Shown: piece after piece, positions 48,050-60,908 of the stretch | Numbering within the stretch: position 1 is the stretch's first letter | Layout: each line of letters begins with the position of its first letter | Assembly: GCF_001194135.2 (NCBI RefSeq) | Contig: NC_068984.1 | Location: forward strand, 38,272,825 to 38,336,824 | Length of the DNA stretch: 64,000 nucleotides | Source: Octopus bimaculoides | Taxonomy: Eukaryota | Reading direction: 5' to 3' | The notes under the pieces: generated by a model | Seen by the model: only the letters and a program-made list of their open reading frames with translations | What the model was told of the DNA's origin: nothing | The model's database searches: none | Made by a program: the position numbers and the translations under genes

Positions 48050-48335
48050 AGACACAGGCTTGGCTGAGTAGTTAGGAAATTCCTTTAACGATTCAGTTCC
48101 ACTATTTAGCACCTTGAGCAACTGTCTTGTATTATAGCACTAGGCTAACTAATGCATTGTAAATGAATTTGATGGATGGAAACTATGTAAAAGCTTGTTT
48201 CGTGTGTATGTACATCTTTGTTTTTGTATCCCCCCCCCCCAAACTGACAACTCACTTTCCCAAGGTGCCATGCAGGGCGACTGAACCCTAAAGCAATGTG
48301 ATTGGAAAGCAAACTTCTTAATCACACAATCATCC
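48050..48335. mobile_element. Two SINE family A fragments in opposite orientation
   Basis: + copy at ~48050-48230 (accttgagcaactgtcttg) and - copy at ~48255-48335 (cccaaggtgccatgcagggcgactgaacc). Confidence 0.65.
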
Positions 48336-49151
48336 TGAACTACTTATGTTTAATAAAAAATAACTTATTTACTTAACTTTTAACATCAACACCTTCAAAA
48401 TGGTCAGGGTTTAATCACAGCTTCACATACCTGTAAGGCCTTGTTCAAAAATGTGGGTGGGGTGGATTCTGGCATGCAGAAGCAGTCAGAATGCCTACTG
48501 TGTTCCTTCCTGCTGGCCACAGCTTCATAGTCTGTTACAGCTGTTGATGTCACATCTTACAGCCTTTACAGATTCACTAAGCATTGAGCAGCAGTTATGA
48601 GGTTGGTATTTTGATATCTGATATGAACCATCATGACATAGATAACTCTTTTCCAATATTCAGATGGCTTCCAGTCTGCCATGCCAGCTAACTTTTTTTC
48701 AACTACAACTTTGCTCATGCTCTGTAATGTAGTTGACTTTTCACTAATACATCGAGCTCTTCCTGAAAAATGGAGACCTAGAAGATCATCAAATTTATCT
48801 CAGATACCTTGTGTATGTGTTTGTCTCTGTGTCTTGATATGTGATAGTTGTAAATGAATGTCATTGTCATACAAGCAGTGTCATTCATTTCAAATGTCTT
48901 GCAAAAACATACCAGGCCATAGGGAAATTTTATCTTGCTTGGAAGCAGATAAGGATTGGTGACAGAATGGACATTGAGGCATTGAAAATCTTTTTCAATA
49001 AATTCCATCCAACCCATATAAGCATGAGAAAGTGGACATTAAAACGATGATGATAGTACATATATTTGGATGTGTGTGCTTATATGTGTGTGTATACACA
49101 CACATACATATATACACACCTTGTTCTCAGTCTTATGTTTTTCCTCACTCC

Positions 49152-49154
<3 letters not shown>

Positions 49155-49191
<37 letters not shown>
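49155..49191. repeat. (CA)n microsatellite
   Basis: Perfect CA run. Confidence 0.95.
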
Positions 49192-49194
<3 letters not shown>

Positions 49195-49549
49195 ATGCAC
49201 TCGCGCGCACGCACCTACTACTACTAAAGAGTTAATATAAGGAGCTACTTAATTTGTTGATTATTTTCTCTCTGCCACACCCTATACTCTCATCCTCCCT
49301 TTATAGTTTATTATATTCCCCCTTAATGAAGTCAGTGCTGAACTAACTGAATGGTTGACTAATGTGATTATACAAAACTGAACAGCATCCCAATCTAGGG
49401 GTTCATTGTGGGTTGGCAAGATTGTTGGTTGTATGTTCTTGTCATGGAAAATCAATCTGGTTAAAAAGCAAAGGGTGTTTCTTTCTATTTTTCCTACACT
49501 CTCCCCTTTTCTGTAGTTCAACATTTTAGCTCATCATGATCATTAAGAT

Positions 49550-50250
49550 ACCAATACCATGATTCTGCTACCACCACCATCAGCAATAATAAACTTTTGT
49601 TAACACTGTTACTACTGATCTCTTCACCATCTGGTTCTCTCCATCCTATTTCTGAAAAGAGTTTCAAAATTTATCTCGTCATTATAATTATCATGGTTAC
49701 TGTCACAATCAGCTTCATCATTGTTGTAACCACTCCCTCTATAGTTTTACTACCACTGCCTCTACCACCACCACCACCACCATCTTTATCATCATCATAT
49801 TAACAGGACCAGCCTTCTAGTTTGTTACTACTTTTGCCATCATCATTATCATATGGGAAAACCACACCTATAGTGTATTACCCTTTGCACTATTACAAAA
49901 CTACCCTTCTAGTTTATTAGTACTACTATCACCATTACCAATTCCATCATCATCACTTGACAATGCCACCCTCTACCTTGTTAGTGCTATTGTTGTCACC
50001 ACCACTACTGTCAACACTGACATAACCATCCCTCTAGTGTATTACCACCATCCACCCACACACACACACACAGATGCACCCTCCTGCTGGTCTCTTTACC
50101 CTTTCCTGTTATTTACCAGCCTTATATGTCCGTCATTGTCATTGTATTCATCATCACAGCCACAGCAGTTTCTCCTCTCTGTCTCTAGTTAATTCCAACA
50201 CTACTTGTTTTTCTACCTCTTTCTGTAATTACTGGGTGGTAGTAACAACG
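49550..50250. repeat. Degenerate (CAC/CAT/TAC)n low-complexity region
   Basis: Dispersed accaccacc and atcatcatc triplets. Confidence 0.75.
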
Positions 50251-51092
50251 GTGGTGATACAAATGGGCCTCTAATACTAGAGTGAACAACCTTTTTAGTA
50301 CCAGCAGATTGCATGTGCATAATAACTTGTGTGGAAGTTGGGAAGTGCTCAGAAAAATAATGAATCTTTTAATTTTACAAATTCAGAATATGCAATTTGT
50401 TAAAATTATGACTGTTTTGGTCTTAATGTTTATTTACTTGTTTTTTTTTTTTTAAATCTTTTTTAATGAAATTTTAGAAACCTCATCAGTGAACGGTTTC
50501 AGATTTGTCTGCAGACAAGAAAGTCCATGCCTCTGCTCTAGATGGTTGCTCAACTGATTAGAAATAGTAGCCAAATTCTTTAAATTACACTTTACCATTT
50601 TAAAAATAGAAGAACACTTCAAGCAATGTAGTTTTTAGATATAGAAGAAAAAAAAAATGCGATGGGATGATCATGACTGGAATGCATTTGATTTTAAATA
50701 TGCTCAATTAAGTCTCACCTGTGGTTAAACAACCACTGCTGCTGCCAAAAATCAATTATTGTTCCCCACCGCAATCAATTCCTCCTCCCTCATTGTTATG
50801 TGGTAATTGTCATCATAATCACCAGCATCACTGTCATCATCACCTCCACCACATTACTAAGTGTATTATTTAATATTGCCATCAGTAGTAGATTAAGATA
50901 ATACTAATAAAACCTCCAGCATAATATTGCCACTATACTTTCTCCTCTTTCTTTTCTACTTCTCTCGCCTTTTCTCCTCTCTTAGTTTCCCTTTCACTTC
51001 TCTCTCTCCTTAATCAGTTAAAAAAAAAGAAAAAAAAGAAACAAAAGGGAAAATGTGAAACTTGCTTTTGGGTTTCTTTTCCATTATATATA

Positions 51093-51221
51093 NNNNNNNN
51101 NNNNNNNNNNNNNNNNNNNNNNNNNNNNNNNNNNNNNNNNNNNNNNNNNNNNNNNNNNNNNNNNNNNNNNNNNNNNNNNNNNNNNNNNNNNNNNNNNNNN
51201 NNNNNNNNNNNNNNNNNNNNN
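51093..51221. other. Assembly gap
   Basis: N-run. Confidence 1.
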
Positions 51222-52209
51222 TAAAAATAATAAAAAAAACCTGAAGGAAAGACAATTTCACTGTTTTTGTGTGTGTGTGTTTTTTTTTCTATATTCAATA
51301 ATGAGATTTCTCATCTTGATTTTTATCCCATCAATTGTCTGTCTGTTTGTATTAAACTTTTCTTCCAGATTGTTTAAAAATGTTATTGATTTATTTGTTT
51401 TTTTTTATTATTTTATCGTCTGATTCCATTCATATTTATTTATTTATTGGAAAATAAAAACAAACAAGCAAAACCGAAAGAAAACTTCTTTATAAGTGAC
51501 CTTTATTTGAGACCAGCTTTAATTACCTCTTCCTACTATTCTCCTCCCGCCCCCACTGCTTTTCATTATCTTTCTATCTTTCCCTTTTCTCTCTATTTCT
51601 CATTCTCTGAATTTCATATATCCTTCTTACTCTTCACTCCATATTTTTCCAATCTCTGCCTTCACCGTCTGTCTCCCTACTTATCTCCCTTTCCTTTCAA
51701 TCGTGCTTTCTCTTCATTTATCTTTCATCTTTCTCTTTTTTACTCTCTTTCCTCTCTCCCTTTCTTTTCTCACTATCTTCCCCTCTCTCTCTCTCTTTTC
51801 ACTCATTCTCAGTCCTTCCTCCTCACTCTATCATTCCTTAACATCTTCCTCCCTACAATTCCTATCTCTTTTCCCTCACTCCCTATCATTCCTGTTTCTC
51901 TATTCCTCTTTCCTGTCTTTCTCTCTTACTCTCCCCCCCTCACACTCCCTATTTTTACCCAGCTCTATCTACTCCCATTATCTTTACCATATCTCTCTTC
52001 ATTCTCTATATATTTATGCAGCATACACTTACATATAAACATAATATCATATACATTGTGACACCCCAAAACACACTACACATGCATTCATATACTCACA
52101 AACATATCTGTTTTCTAACTTTCTAATCTTCCTTTTCTCAGATTGTATTGTCCATCTTTTCATACTTTTTCTTTCTCATCTGTTTTTCTTCCTGTTTCCC
52201 CATTTCTCT

Positions 52210-52212
52210 CTT

Positions 52213-52271
<59 letters not shown>
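52210..52271. repeat. (CT)n microsatellite
   Basis: Near-perfect CT run. Confidence 0.95.
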
Positions 52272-52274
<3 letters not shown>

Positions 52275-53269
52275 ACCCCAACCTCTTTCGTTATATTTCC
52301 ATCTGTCACTTATTTTCTCCTTTCTCACTCTCCCCACCTTGTTCTTTTACCATTGGCAACAAAAAGGACTGGACTATATACCAGTCTATTGTAATTTCCA
52401 GCTATTTGAGGAATATTTTATTCATTCATTTTTTCGTAAACTTGAGTAAACAATCAAAATAAATGTATATGTGGTGTGTTGCTAGATAGATACTGAGAAA
52501 ATAAAAACAAAAATATTAAAGAAAATGACCAAATAAATTATACTGACTTCTAGAATTTCTACATTTTTTTTTCCTTGTCTTCCACCCCACTTCATTCTAA
52601 AATTGACCTGATTCATCAGCTGCAACCTCAGTTTGCGATTAGTACAAAAGTGTTTCAAGTTGAGAAAGGTTATATGAGGTCATGTCTGATCTAAAGATAT
52701 AATAACAGTGCCCAGTCTATTTTTTGTCTGGGTCAATTTGAAACCCTCTCTAATAGGCACAGCATTTCTTAGAACAAGACAGATTTTATAGATGCATATG
52801 TATGTGTGTGTGTGTATGTATTGAATATCAGTTTTATTCCAAGTGTGTTACATGTGTATCTAATTAGAGATAGTTTTCGTAATGAATATGCTTATAATAT
52901 TGTACATTTGTATGTGAGTGCGAAAGAGAGTTAGAATATACTTATGTGCATACAGCTATTTGTCTTTTGCTCATTTCTGTATAGAACAATTGTGACTGTC
53001 TTTCACGGTTTATGTTAATACTGTATGCTGTATATAAGGTAGCCAGGAGAGGAAGGCCAGTGCACATGACCTTCATTATTGCATATATGTTCATTGTTGC
53101 ATATGCATACATGGATAGGTATGCACATATATGCATGTACACATGTACAAACACACATAAGTGACCAAAAAGCTATAAGATTTAGAATCCTAATTATTAT
53201 TTTGTTGTATTCTATGCTGATTTAAATAAATTAAAAAAATATATTGTGAGCTGACGTTGTCTGTCCTTT

Positions 53270-53480
53270 GCTGCATTATACACCCATGTCCCCAACATAG
53301 CTACCATTTCCAGAGACAAAATTGGAAACCTTCAACTATGAAGAATTTGAGGAGCCACTTGTCTAGTCTTACAGTTAACTGAAATGTCATCAAACCTCTT
53401 TCCTTGCAGCTTCATTCTGATATTTAGGGAACTGAAAAAGAATCTGATGGGGTAAGGTCAGTGAAATTTAATGGCATGGA
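53270..53480 (-). mobile_element. Mariner transposase C-terminal remnant
   Basis: Minus strand TDLTPSD…FPK…RMKLQGKRFDDI corresponds to the YSPDLAPSDFFLFPKLK..LKGKRF motif, with frameshifts. Confidence 0.65.
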
Positions 53481-54237
53481 ATGTGATGTGTGTTTGTGTG
53501 CACACATACACTCCAAAGATTTGATGACATTTTAACGATGACAATTTGTTGATGTCATTTAAGTAGGGAAGAAAAATTTGACATGTTTAAAATGTTGGGT
53601 GGAGGTAACTGTTTGAATTAATAATGTGCATAACATATCAAGACTAAATATAATCTCATGTTTGCTCTCCATATGTTGTAAATACTTTTCTTGTTTATTG
53701 TTTTAGCAGCCGTTAATGTCCTTTTTTTTAACATTATTTTGTTGTAGGAATTTCTGGTATTAAACTTTGTGGGAAAGCTGAAATTTTAATGTGGATTAAC
53801 CTATAATAAAAATTGCTGCAGTGGAGAAATAAATATTTAATGTTAATTATTATTTAACATTTGGACATTAATGACTAGCATATTTGTATTAAGGCCATGA
53901 AAAGTGATGCAAATGGATATTCTGGCAGAACTCATGGAACTTGCAGAGCATCCATCAAAAATATTTGGCTGTATTTAGATATGTCCCTTTACAATTTGAG
54001 TTCAGATCCTGCTGGGCTCAACATTGTTTTTTATTCTTTCCAGGATTGATAAAATAAGTACTGGTCAAGTGTTGGACATGATATAACTTACTCCAGAATT
54101 TGTGGCCATGTACTTATGTTAGAAATCCTTATATTTTAAAATTCCATTGCTATTATAATAATGGTATTGTATAAATGTAATAGTTAACCTAGTTATTAAT
54201 ATCATGCTTCTTCTTGATGTCAAGAGGATAAATAATG

Positions 54238-54298
54238 CATTTTTGCACGTTATGAAGGTTTCATATCATTTTTGCACGTTATGAAGGTTTCATATCAT
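54238..54298. repeat. 29-bp perfect tandem duplication
   Basis: catttttgcacgttatgaaggtttcatat x2. Confidence 0.95.
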
Positions 54299-54899
54299 CC
54301 TTCCTTCTCTTATTCCACCTCTTCCAACATCCACTTGGCTTATGCATGAAAGCCTATATTGGTCCAGTTTAATTCCTTCCTCTATCCATTTCACTGGTCA
54401 CTCCATGATATATATCTCTCATCTATCATAAACATCTCATCTCATCATCTATGTTCCTTACTTCTTTACTCTCATCTCCCTAGCTGATCCCATCCATCAC
54501 GATCCTCTATCACTTTTTCTTTCAGTGACTCTCTCTGGATCTTTGCTACCCTCATCTATTTTCTCTTTTCTTCTCTTATACCTTCTGTCCCTACTCACCT
54601 TTATAATGTGAGATAACTCTGGAACCTCTCTACACAACCCACATCATCATCTTTACCACTCTGTCCTTCCATTTCTTGCTAACACTGGCTCTAATCCCTT
54701 CCCTTCCCCTTGTTCTTTCCATACTCTTGCAATAACGACTACTTTGTTACTCTCTTCAGGACTTCTACCTTTGTTGTAAATCTGTTCCTCATCATACTTC
54801 ATCATCTTGCCTAAAATCATCTCTCTCTCTCTTTCCCTATTCCCCCTCAGTTACAGAGGTCCCCTTTAAACTTTTTAGTTTTGCAAGATGCAAGACCTC

Positions 54900-56020
54900 A
54901 CTTATTGCTGGTACCATGTAAAAAGCACTCAGTACGCTCTGTAAAGTGGTTGGTATTGAGAAGGGCATCCGACTGCAGAAACTTTGCCCAAACCAACTCT
55001 GACATGTTGGCACCTATCAAATTTCCCAACTCATGCCAGCATGGAGAGCAGACTTTAAATGATTATGATATATATACATATATAGCATCGTTTTAATGTT
55101 CACTTTTCAAAACTTAGATAGGTTAGATGAAATTTATTGAGGCAGATTGGATGCCTTTTCTGTTGACAACCCTCACCAGTTTCCAAGCACGGTAATATTT
55201 CCTCATGCTCAGATATGTTTTTCACAGAAGAGTAGAAACAAACATTGCTTCTATAAAAGCACACACACACACATGCATACATGACTGGCTTCTTTCAGTC
55301 TTTGCTGATTGAATTCATTCACAAGGCTTTGGTCAGCCAGGAGCTATAGCTGAAGTGTTGTGCAGTGAAACTAAACTCAAAACTACATGGGTTGGAAGCA
55401 AGCTTCTTAATCACACAGCCACACATGTGACTAGGTAGCATGTTACATTGATTATTATCGAAAGTGTGGTCACTTGATAGTTCTCGTAATTAAATAGTCC
55501 ACTTTACTGTCAGTTACGATATATGAACTGGCATAGGTGTGTGATTATGGAATTCACTTCATGATCACATGAATTTTGGGTTCCACCCCACTGCAGAGCA
55601 TCTTGGGCAAGTCTCTTCCACTACAACCTTGGGCTGACCTATACCTTGTAAGAGAAATTAGAAGACAGAAATTGTACAGAAGCCTTGTGTGTGCGTGTGT
55701 GTATTTACTCACTAGTGTTGGTACCATGTGAAAAGCACTCAGTCTGTAAAGTGTTTGGTATTAGGTAGGCCATGTATATCTTCACATGTCATTATTTGAA
55801 TGTCAGTGATGTCATATTTCTGCCACCTGTAAACATGTTCTGGGGGCTGGTTGTTTCAGTGTGTGAAGACCAGTGGAATAAAAACACCATCCTTGAAAAA
55901 CAAGTAAGGTTACTTGATAGGAAGGGCTTCCAGTTGCAGAATACTGCCTCACTAAGTTTTGTTCAACATATACCATTATTAGAAGAAGAAGGTGTAAAAA
56001 TGATGATTATAATGATGACA
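54900..56020. mobile_element. Dense cluster of SINE family A pieces and RTE-type tails in both orientations
   Basis: + tail 54900-55075, - tail 55100-55200, - head 55280-55420, + head 55520-55700, + tail pieces 55730-56020. Confidence 0.7.
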
Positions 56021-58627
56021 GTCATTATTCAGTTATTGTTTAACCCTAGGTTAACTCTGTCCCAGTAGAATTATGATCAGGGTATTTCAACCATGAACAT
56101 CATTTTTAAGCTATTGAGATGTAACTGGAAGGAGATTTGACTGCTATTTCCATCACATTGTGTGATGGCATAGAGCAGTCATGGGCAAACTGTGGCCCAT
56201 GGAACTTTCTGAATGGTATTTCTAACAAAAAATTACCTTTAATATTTTAAGTAGTGCAGGCCATCTCTTGATCAACCATGTCCTCCCCAAGCCTGACATA
56301 GTCTTACTTGTTATTGTTTATACTTTGTGAAGTAAATAATTTTATACTCCCTACCTTTTAAACATAATTTATTAAACATCTCCACAAAACCTAGTGTTCT
56401 TATCCTTCCTTGACCCCATACCATCCATTTTTCTCATTTTCTTCCTTTATCAGGACTGCATTCCTCTTGGAATTACTCTTACTAGTGTTATATATGTAGA
56501 CTAGACTTCATGTATAGTAATTCAAATGAAACCTAATCTTAACCTACATCAGCCAAACCATGCATCAAACTTTAATCTGGGTTTAGAGAGCTGAGCTTAG
56601 GATTGACTATAACCAGTTAAATGTTTGGTGCTCACCTATTAGATACAGTATTGGTTTTTAATCATTCTATTGTGTTGTTGCTACTTATTTTGCTGCAGCT
56701 ACCATAGAGAAAACTCTGCAATAATCCAAGCTCATACCATGGTTTTTGTTCCCATGTCAAGCCATTTCACTTCGTTTATGTTTTTTCTTGGATCATTAAT
56801 GGTTCAGTTGAAAAAATACTGGACAACTAACTGGGTGGACTTTTTATTTTTTTATCCCATCACTGATATTACATTGCATTTATGACCAAGACACTTTGCT
56901 CTTAATTCCTCAAGGTACCTAACTGCATGAAGTACCTAAAGAATCATGTAAATTCATTGCTTCCAGCATTGGCAGCACTCTAAAAAACAAAAAGTGTCTT
57001 GTTATACCATGTTGAAATCTGCCATGGAAAAAGTTATTGGCAATAGACTGGTGTGTTATTTTCAGGAGATTTATTTCATATCTACTTAACACCACTGGAA
57101 CTGTATATAAGTGCTGGTTCAATGGGTCATGAAAGTTGGTAATAGGAAATAATAATAATATTGGGAATGTTTTTGGAAAGGTATGAATACTACATCAATT
57201 GCATTTTTCCCCTCTTCTATAAATCTGAAGCCTTGCTTATTCATATATATAATATCATTATTTTATTGACACTGACAGATGCAGTTTTATGTCAGTGTGA
57301 ATTTCCTGAGAGATGATTAGATTTATTTATTATAGCATTACTATTTTTTAACCAATAACGCACAAAATTGCGGATGGAACATTGAATTTAGCATTTTAAG
57401 CTAGTAATTGTAGTATTTCACCATTTATTAGCATCCACAGCTATTCTAAAAAGTAATAGTTATAGATTTCTGAATCTTTATTATAATGATACTAATGTAA
57501 GTGTATGCGTGTGTGTATAACTAAAACACTGTCAGCTCTTCCTCCCACCATGTTATCACACCTCTTAGTAATTCATACCTCACATCATTCTGACATCAGC
57601 TACTCCAACAGAACAAAATAATGTGTGTATGAGAGAGAAATGTTTTTTGGTAGATGAGAGCATCATCTGGTCTGCTCACTGTATCATGTATAGCTGTCTA
57701 ACTAACAGTTTTCTCTTGTGTGAGAGGGCATCAATGTATGAAGGTTACTCTCAATTTCCACCAATTGAGCTTCTACATTATCATTTAATCTACTGGAGAG
57801 AGCAGCCAAATTTCCTCTAAATCACATTGTACTGTCTCAGATAAAGGATATTGTAATTCCTGATATACAAAATGATGGGATGTTCATGACTGGAATTCTT
57901 TTCATAAAAGGTCTGTTCTCTCAAGGTTGATCTCAAACCTTGTGGTAGTCTGTCTCAGAATTTGGCATTCATTTATTCCACTTATTTATATCATCACATA
58001 TCTTCTGTAAACAGAGTACTTATCTTTTCATTAGAGAGAAAGAAAAAAATTAACATGGTTAAATATATTTTCAAGGTTTCCAGTTGCAATATATCATCAG
58101 CATTTTCTCACCACTTTGCTATTAATTTCTCTGACTGAATAGGCTTTCCATAAAGAAAAATATTACTATTCATGGCCTTTATAATTAGATACATTATGTT
58201 GTGACAATATCTTTTAGTGCATATGAAATACCACTTTAATTCTTGTGTACGTATTCATTGTTCTGTCTAAACGTCACTTTCGTATTATATATTCTACACA
58301 TTTAAATTTTTAATGTCATATGCAATCCCAATTTGAACTGTTTCTGCAAACTTTCAGCAATATCCTGCAGTTTTCTTATTGATCATTTATAGCAGAGCAA
58401 AACATTTGTACTCACAAAGTTTCAAGTGTCTGTTGTCTAATTTTGCAGTTGTCATTCCTCTTTCATTCTAAGTATCTGTTGTAGCAGTGGTATTTCTGGT
58501 GTCAGCTGCCATCATTATTGTTTCTCTTATTGTAATTAGCTCTGAAGGTGGCTACTATTAATGGTTACTGTTGGTTTCTGACTCATTTCCTCTTCTTCCT
58601 AATATATTTTTTTTTTCTTTTTTGCAG

Positions 58628-58682
58628 GCAATACTTACAAAGCTTCAGAAAGATCTCCGAAATTACCTAAACTGTTTAAAAG
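58628..58682 (+). CDS. Candidate 55-nt exon with GC donor (AILTKLQKDLRNYLNCLK or xNTYKASERSPKLPKLFK)
   Basis: Long poly-T acceptor ttttttttctttttgcag, and AAG|gcaagt matches the GC-AG donor consensus. Two frames are open. Confidence 0.3.
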
Positions 58683-59032
58683 GCAAGTTTCATACACTAT
58701 GTAATTTAATGTATAAAAGTAACAATGATTATATATGCCTTCTTTTATGTGTTGTATGTATATTTCAAGCAAACCCAGACTATAAGGTTTATGTTCTTAT
58801 GTTGCTAGCCACATATATAAAGTCATGGTAATACCAAGAACAAGTGCTTGTCCTTGATTTCTGTTATGACAAATTGCTTAAAGATAGGTCTTCAAAAGAT
58901 ATCAGACAAAGAAAGCCAGTACTTTTTAGTTCAGAACAATAAAATTCATGACCTCTGTCCAAACATATACTAATCTCAATCAAAGCTTAGTCTGTATATA
59001 TGTGTACATAATAAATATGTATTTATTTATAA

Positions 59033-60273
59033 CTAGCAGAAATACCCGGCTTTGCCCAGGTTAAATAGAATAATGAAATCTAAAAACGCCATCTAGACTA
59101 TGCAACCCTCAACTGTTAGTAGCTACGATACCATATTTCTACATTAATAACTCTCCAATCCATGCCAGCATGGAACATAGACATTAAGTGGAATGCCAGT
59201 CTCTCATCTAGGAGGGCCTTGAAATCAATGTTACCAACTGGGGACTATGTGTGTCGTAGTGATAATAAAAAGACCCAAAGGAGGTCTGCAACGAAATAAT
59301 TTTACTCAACACTTTGCAAGTGAATCAGTGGAGACAAAGATGCGTCTCATTTACTTGACAATTTATGCACCACATTGCAGAAATCACAATGTAAGTATAT
59401 CTGAAAGGGTAGTCTTACACTGTTGTACCGTTGAATTACAAATAATGCTNNNNNNNNNNNNNNNNNNNNNNNNNNNNNNNNNNNNNNNNNNNNNNNNNNN
59501 NNNNNNNNNNNNNNNNNNNNNNNNNNNNNNNNNNNNNNNNNNNNNNNNNNNNNNNNNNNNNNNNNNNNNNNNNNNNNNNNNNNNNNNNNNNNNNNNNNNN
59601 NNNNNNNNNNNNNNNNNNNNNNNNNNNNNNNNNNNNNNNNNNNNNNNNNNNNNNNNNNNNNNNNNNNNNNNNNNNNNNNNNNNNNNNNNNNNNNNNNNNN
59701 NNNNNNNNNNNNNNNNNNNNNNNNNNNNNNNNNNNNNNNNNNNNNNNNNNNNNNNNNNNNNNNNNNNNNNNNNNNNNNNNNNNNNNNNNNNNNNNNNNNN
59801 NNNNNNNNNNNNNNNNNNNNNNNNNNNNNNNNNNNNNNNNNNNNNNNNNNNNNNNNNNNNNNNNNNNNNNNNNNNNNNNNNNNNNNNNNNNNNNNNNNNN
59901 NNNCATATACATCTATATGTATACATATACATCTCTCTCTTTCTCTCTTTCTCTGAAAGTATCTGTCATTACAGTATCGAAATGTGATTGTTTCAGTTAG
60001 TAGAATAGTTTCATTTTTAAAGTGAAAGTATTTGACATGAGTGTTTTTGTTTCACTTTTGACATGTAATACTTAAATAGTGGAGGAGATATTATGTTGCC
60101 GTGGGCTCGAACTCTGCAAGAAGTTAAAATTTCTTTTGACTAATACACAACTGGAACCCTAAGTAAGGCATCTGTAAAATTTGAATGAAATCGGTTGCGT
60201 AGTTCTCGAGTTTTAGGGATTCACACACACAGACAGACAGACAGACACACATTCTCATTTTTATATATATAGA
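59033..60273 (-). mobile_element. Non-autonomous Helitron (ends intact, interior heterogeneous and gapped)
   Basis: Minus strand 5' A|TCtatatatataaaaatgagaatg + (TGTC)n. 3' hairpin acctgggcaaagccgggt, then CTAG|T. The target site reconstructs as AT. Confidence 0.7.
59450..59903. other. Assembly gap
   Basis: N-run. Confidence 1.
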
Positions 60274-60383
60274 TGTCACAGACATTTGAGTGGTTTCCTA
60301 CATTATAAAATTCTCATAAAATAGAATTGTGGAAACACTGAGATTAGGCTTGTTTGAAGTTTTTAATAATTTAATTATTATAA

Positions 60384-60590
60384 GGCGGCGAGCTGGCAGA
60401 AACGTTAGCACACCAGATGAAATGCTTAACGATATTTCAGCTCTCTTTACATTCTGATTTCAAATTCAGCTGAGGTCGACTTTGGCTTTCGGGGTCGATA
60501 AATTAAGTACCAGTTGTGTACTGGAGTTGATCTAATCAACTGGCCTCCTCCCCAAATATTTTGGGCTTTGTGCCTAGAGTAGAAAAGAAT
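60384..60590 (+). mobile_element. SINE family B, best-preserved copy
   Basis: ggcggcgagctggcagaaacgttagc … gatttcaaattcagc … ttcggggtcgataaattaagtaccagtt … gtgcctagagtagaaaagaat. Possible TSD tttaattat on both sides. Confidence 0.9.
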
Positions 60591-60680
60591 ATTTTAATTA
60601 TCATGGTTATACAAGAAAACCTCTGCAAGAATCTATGAATGAGGGTTTTTTTTTTTTAATTCTTTCTAAATTTTGGTCTG

Positions 60681-60908
60681 TTACCCTTTTTGATACCAGC
60701 CCACCAAAAACTGACCTTGTTCTACATTACAAACTTAATCTTTTTAAAGTGATCTAAGGTAAAAACTTTCGTCAAAATTTCATGTTAATTTATGCTCCAC
60801 ACACACAAGCTTAATATTGAGTTATTTTATTAAATTGTTCATTATATTCAAAACCAATCGAAACAATGGCAGCATGTTTCAATAGAAATATGTTGACAAA
60901 AGTGTTAA
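60681..60908. mobile_element. piggyBac-like MITE family 2, degenerate copy
   Basis: ttaccctttttgataccagcccacc … gaaatatgttgacaaaagtgttaa. Collinear with 18344-18570. Confidence 0.7.

Noticed and set aside
47749-48051. 100-aa ORF
   Set aside because: Lies wholly within the HINE-like element and has no protein-family features.
60384-60480. tRNA gene
   Set aside because: The A/B-box-like sequence continues into a SINE core with no acceptor stem. The same applies to family A and C heads.
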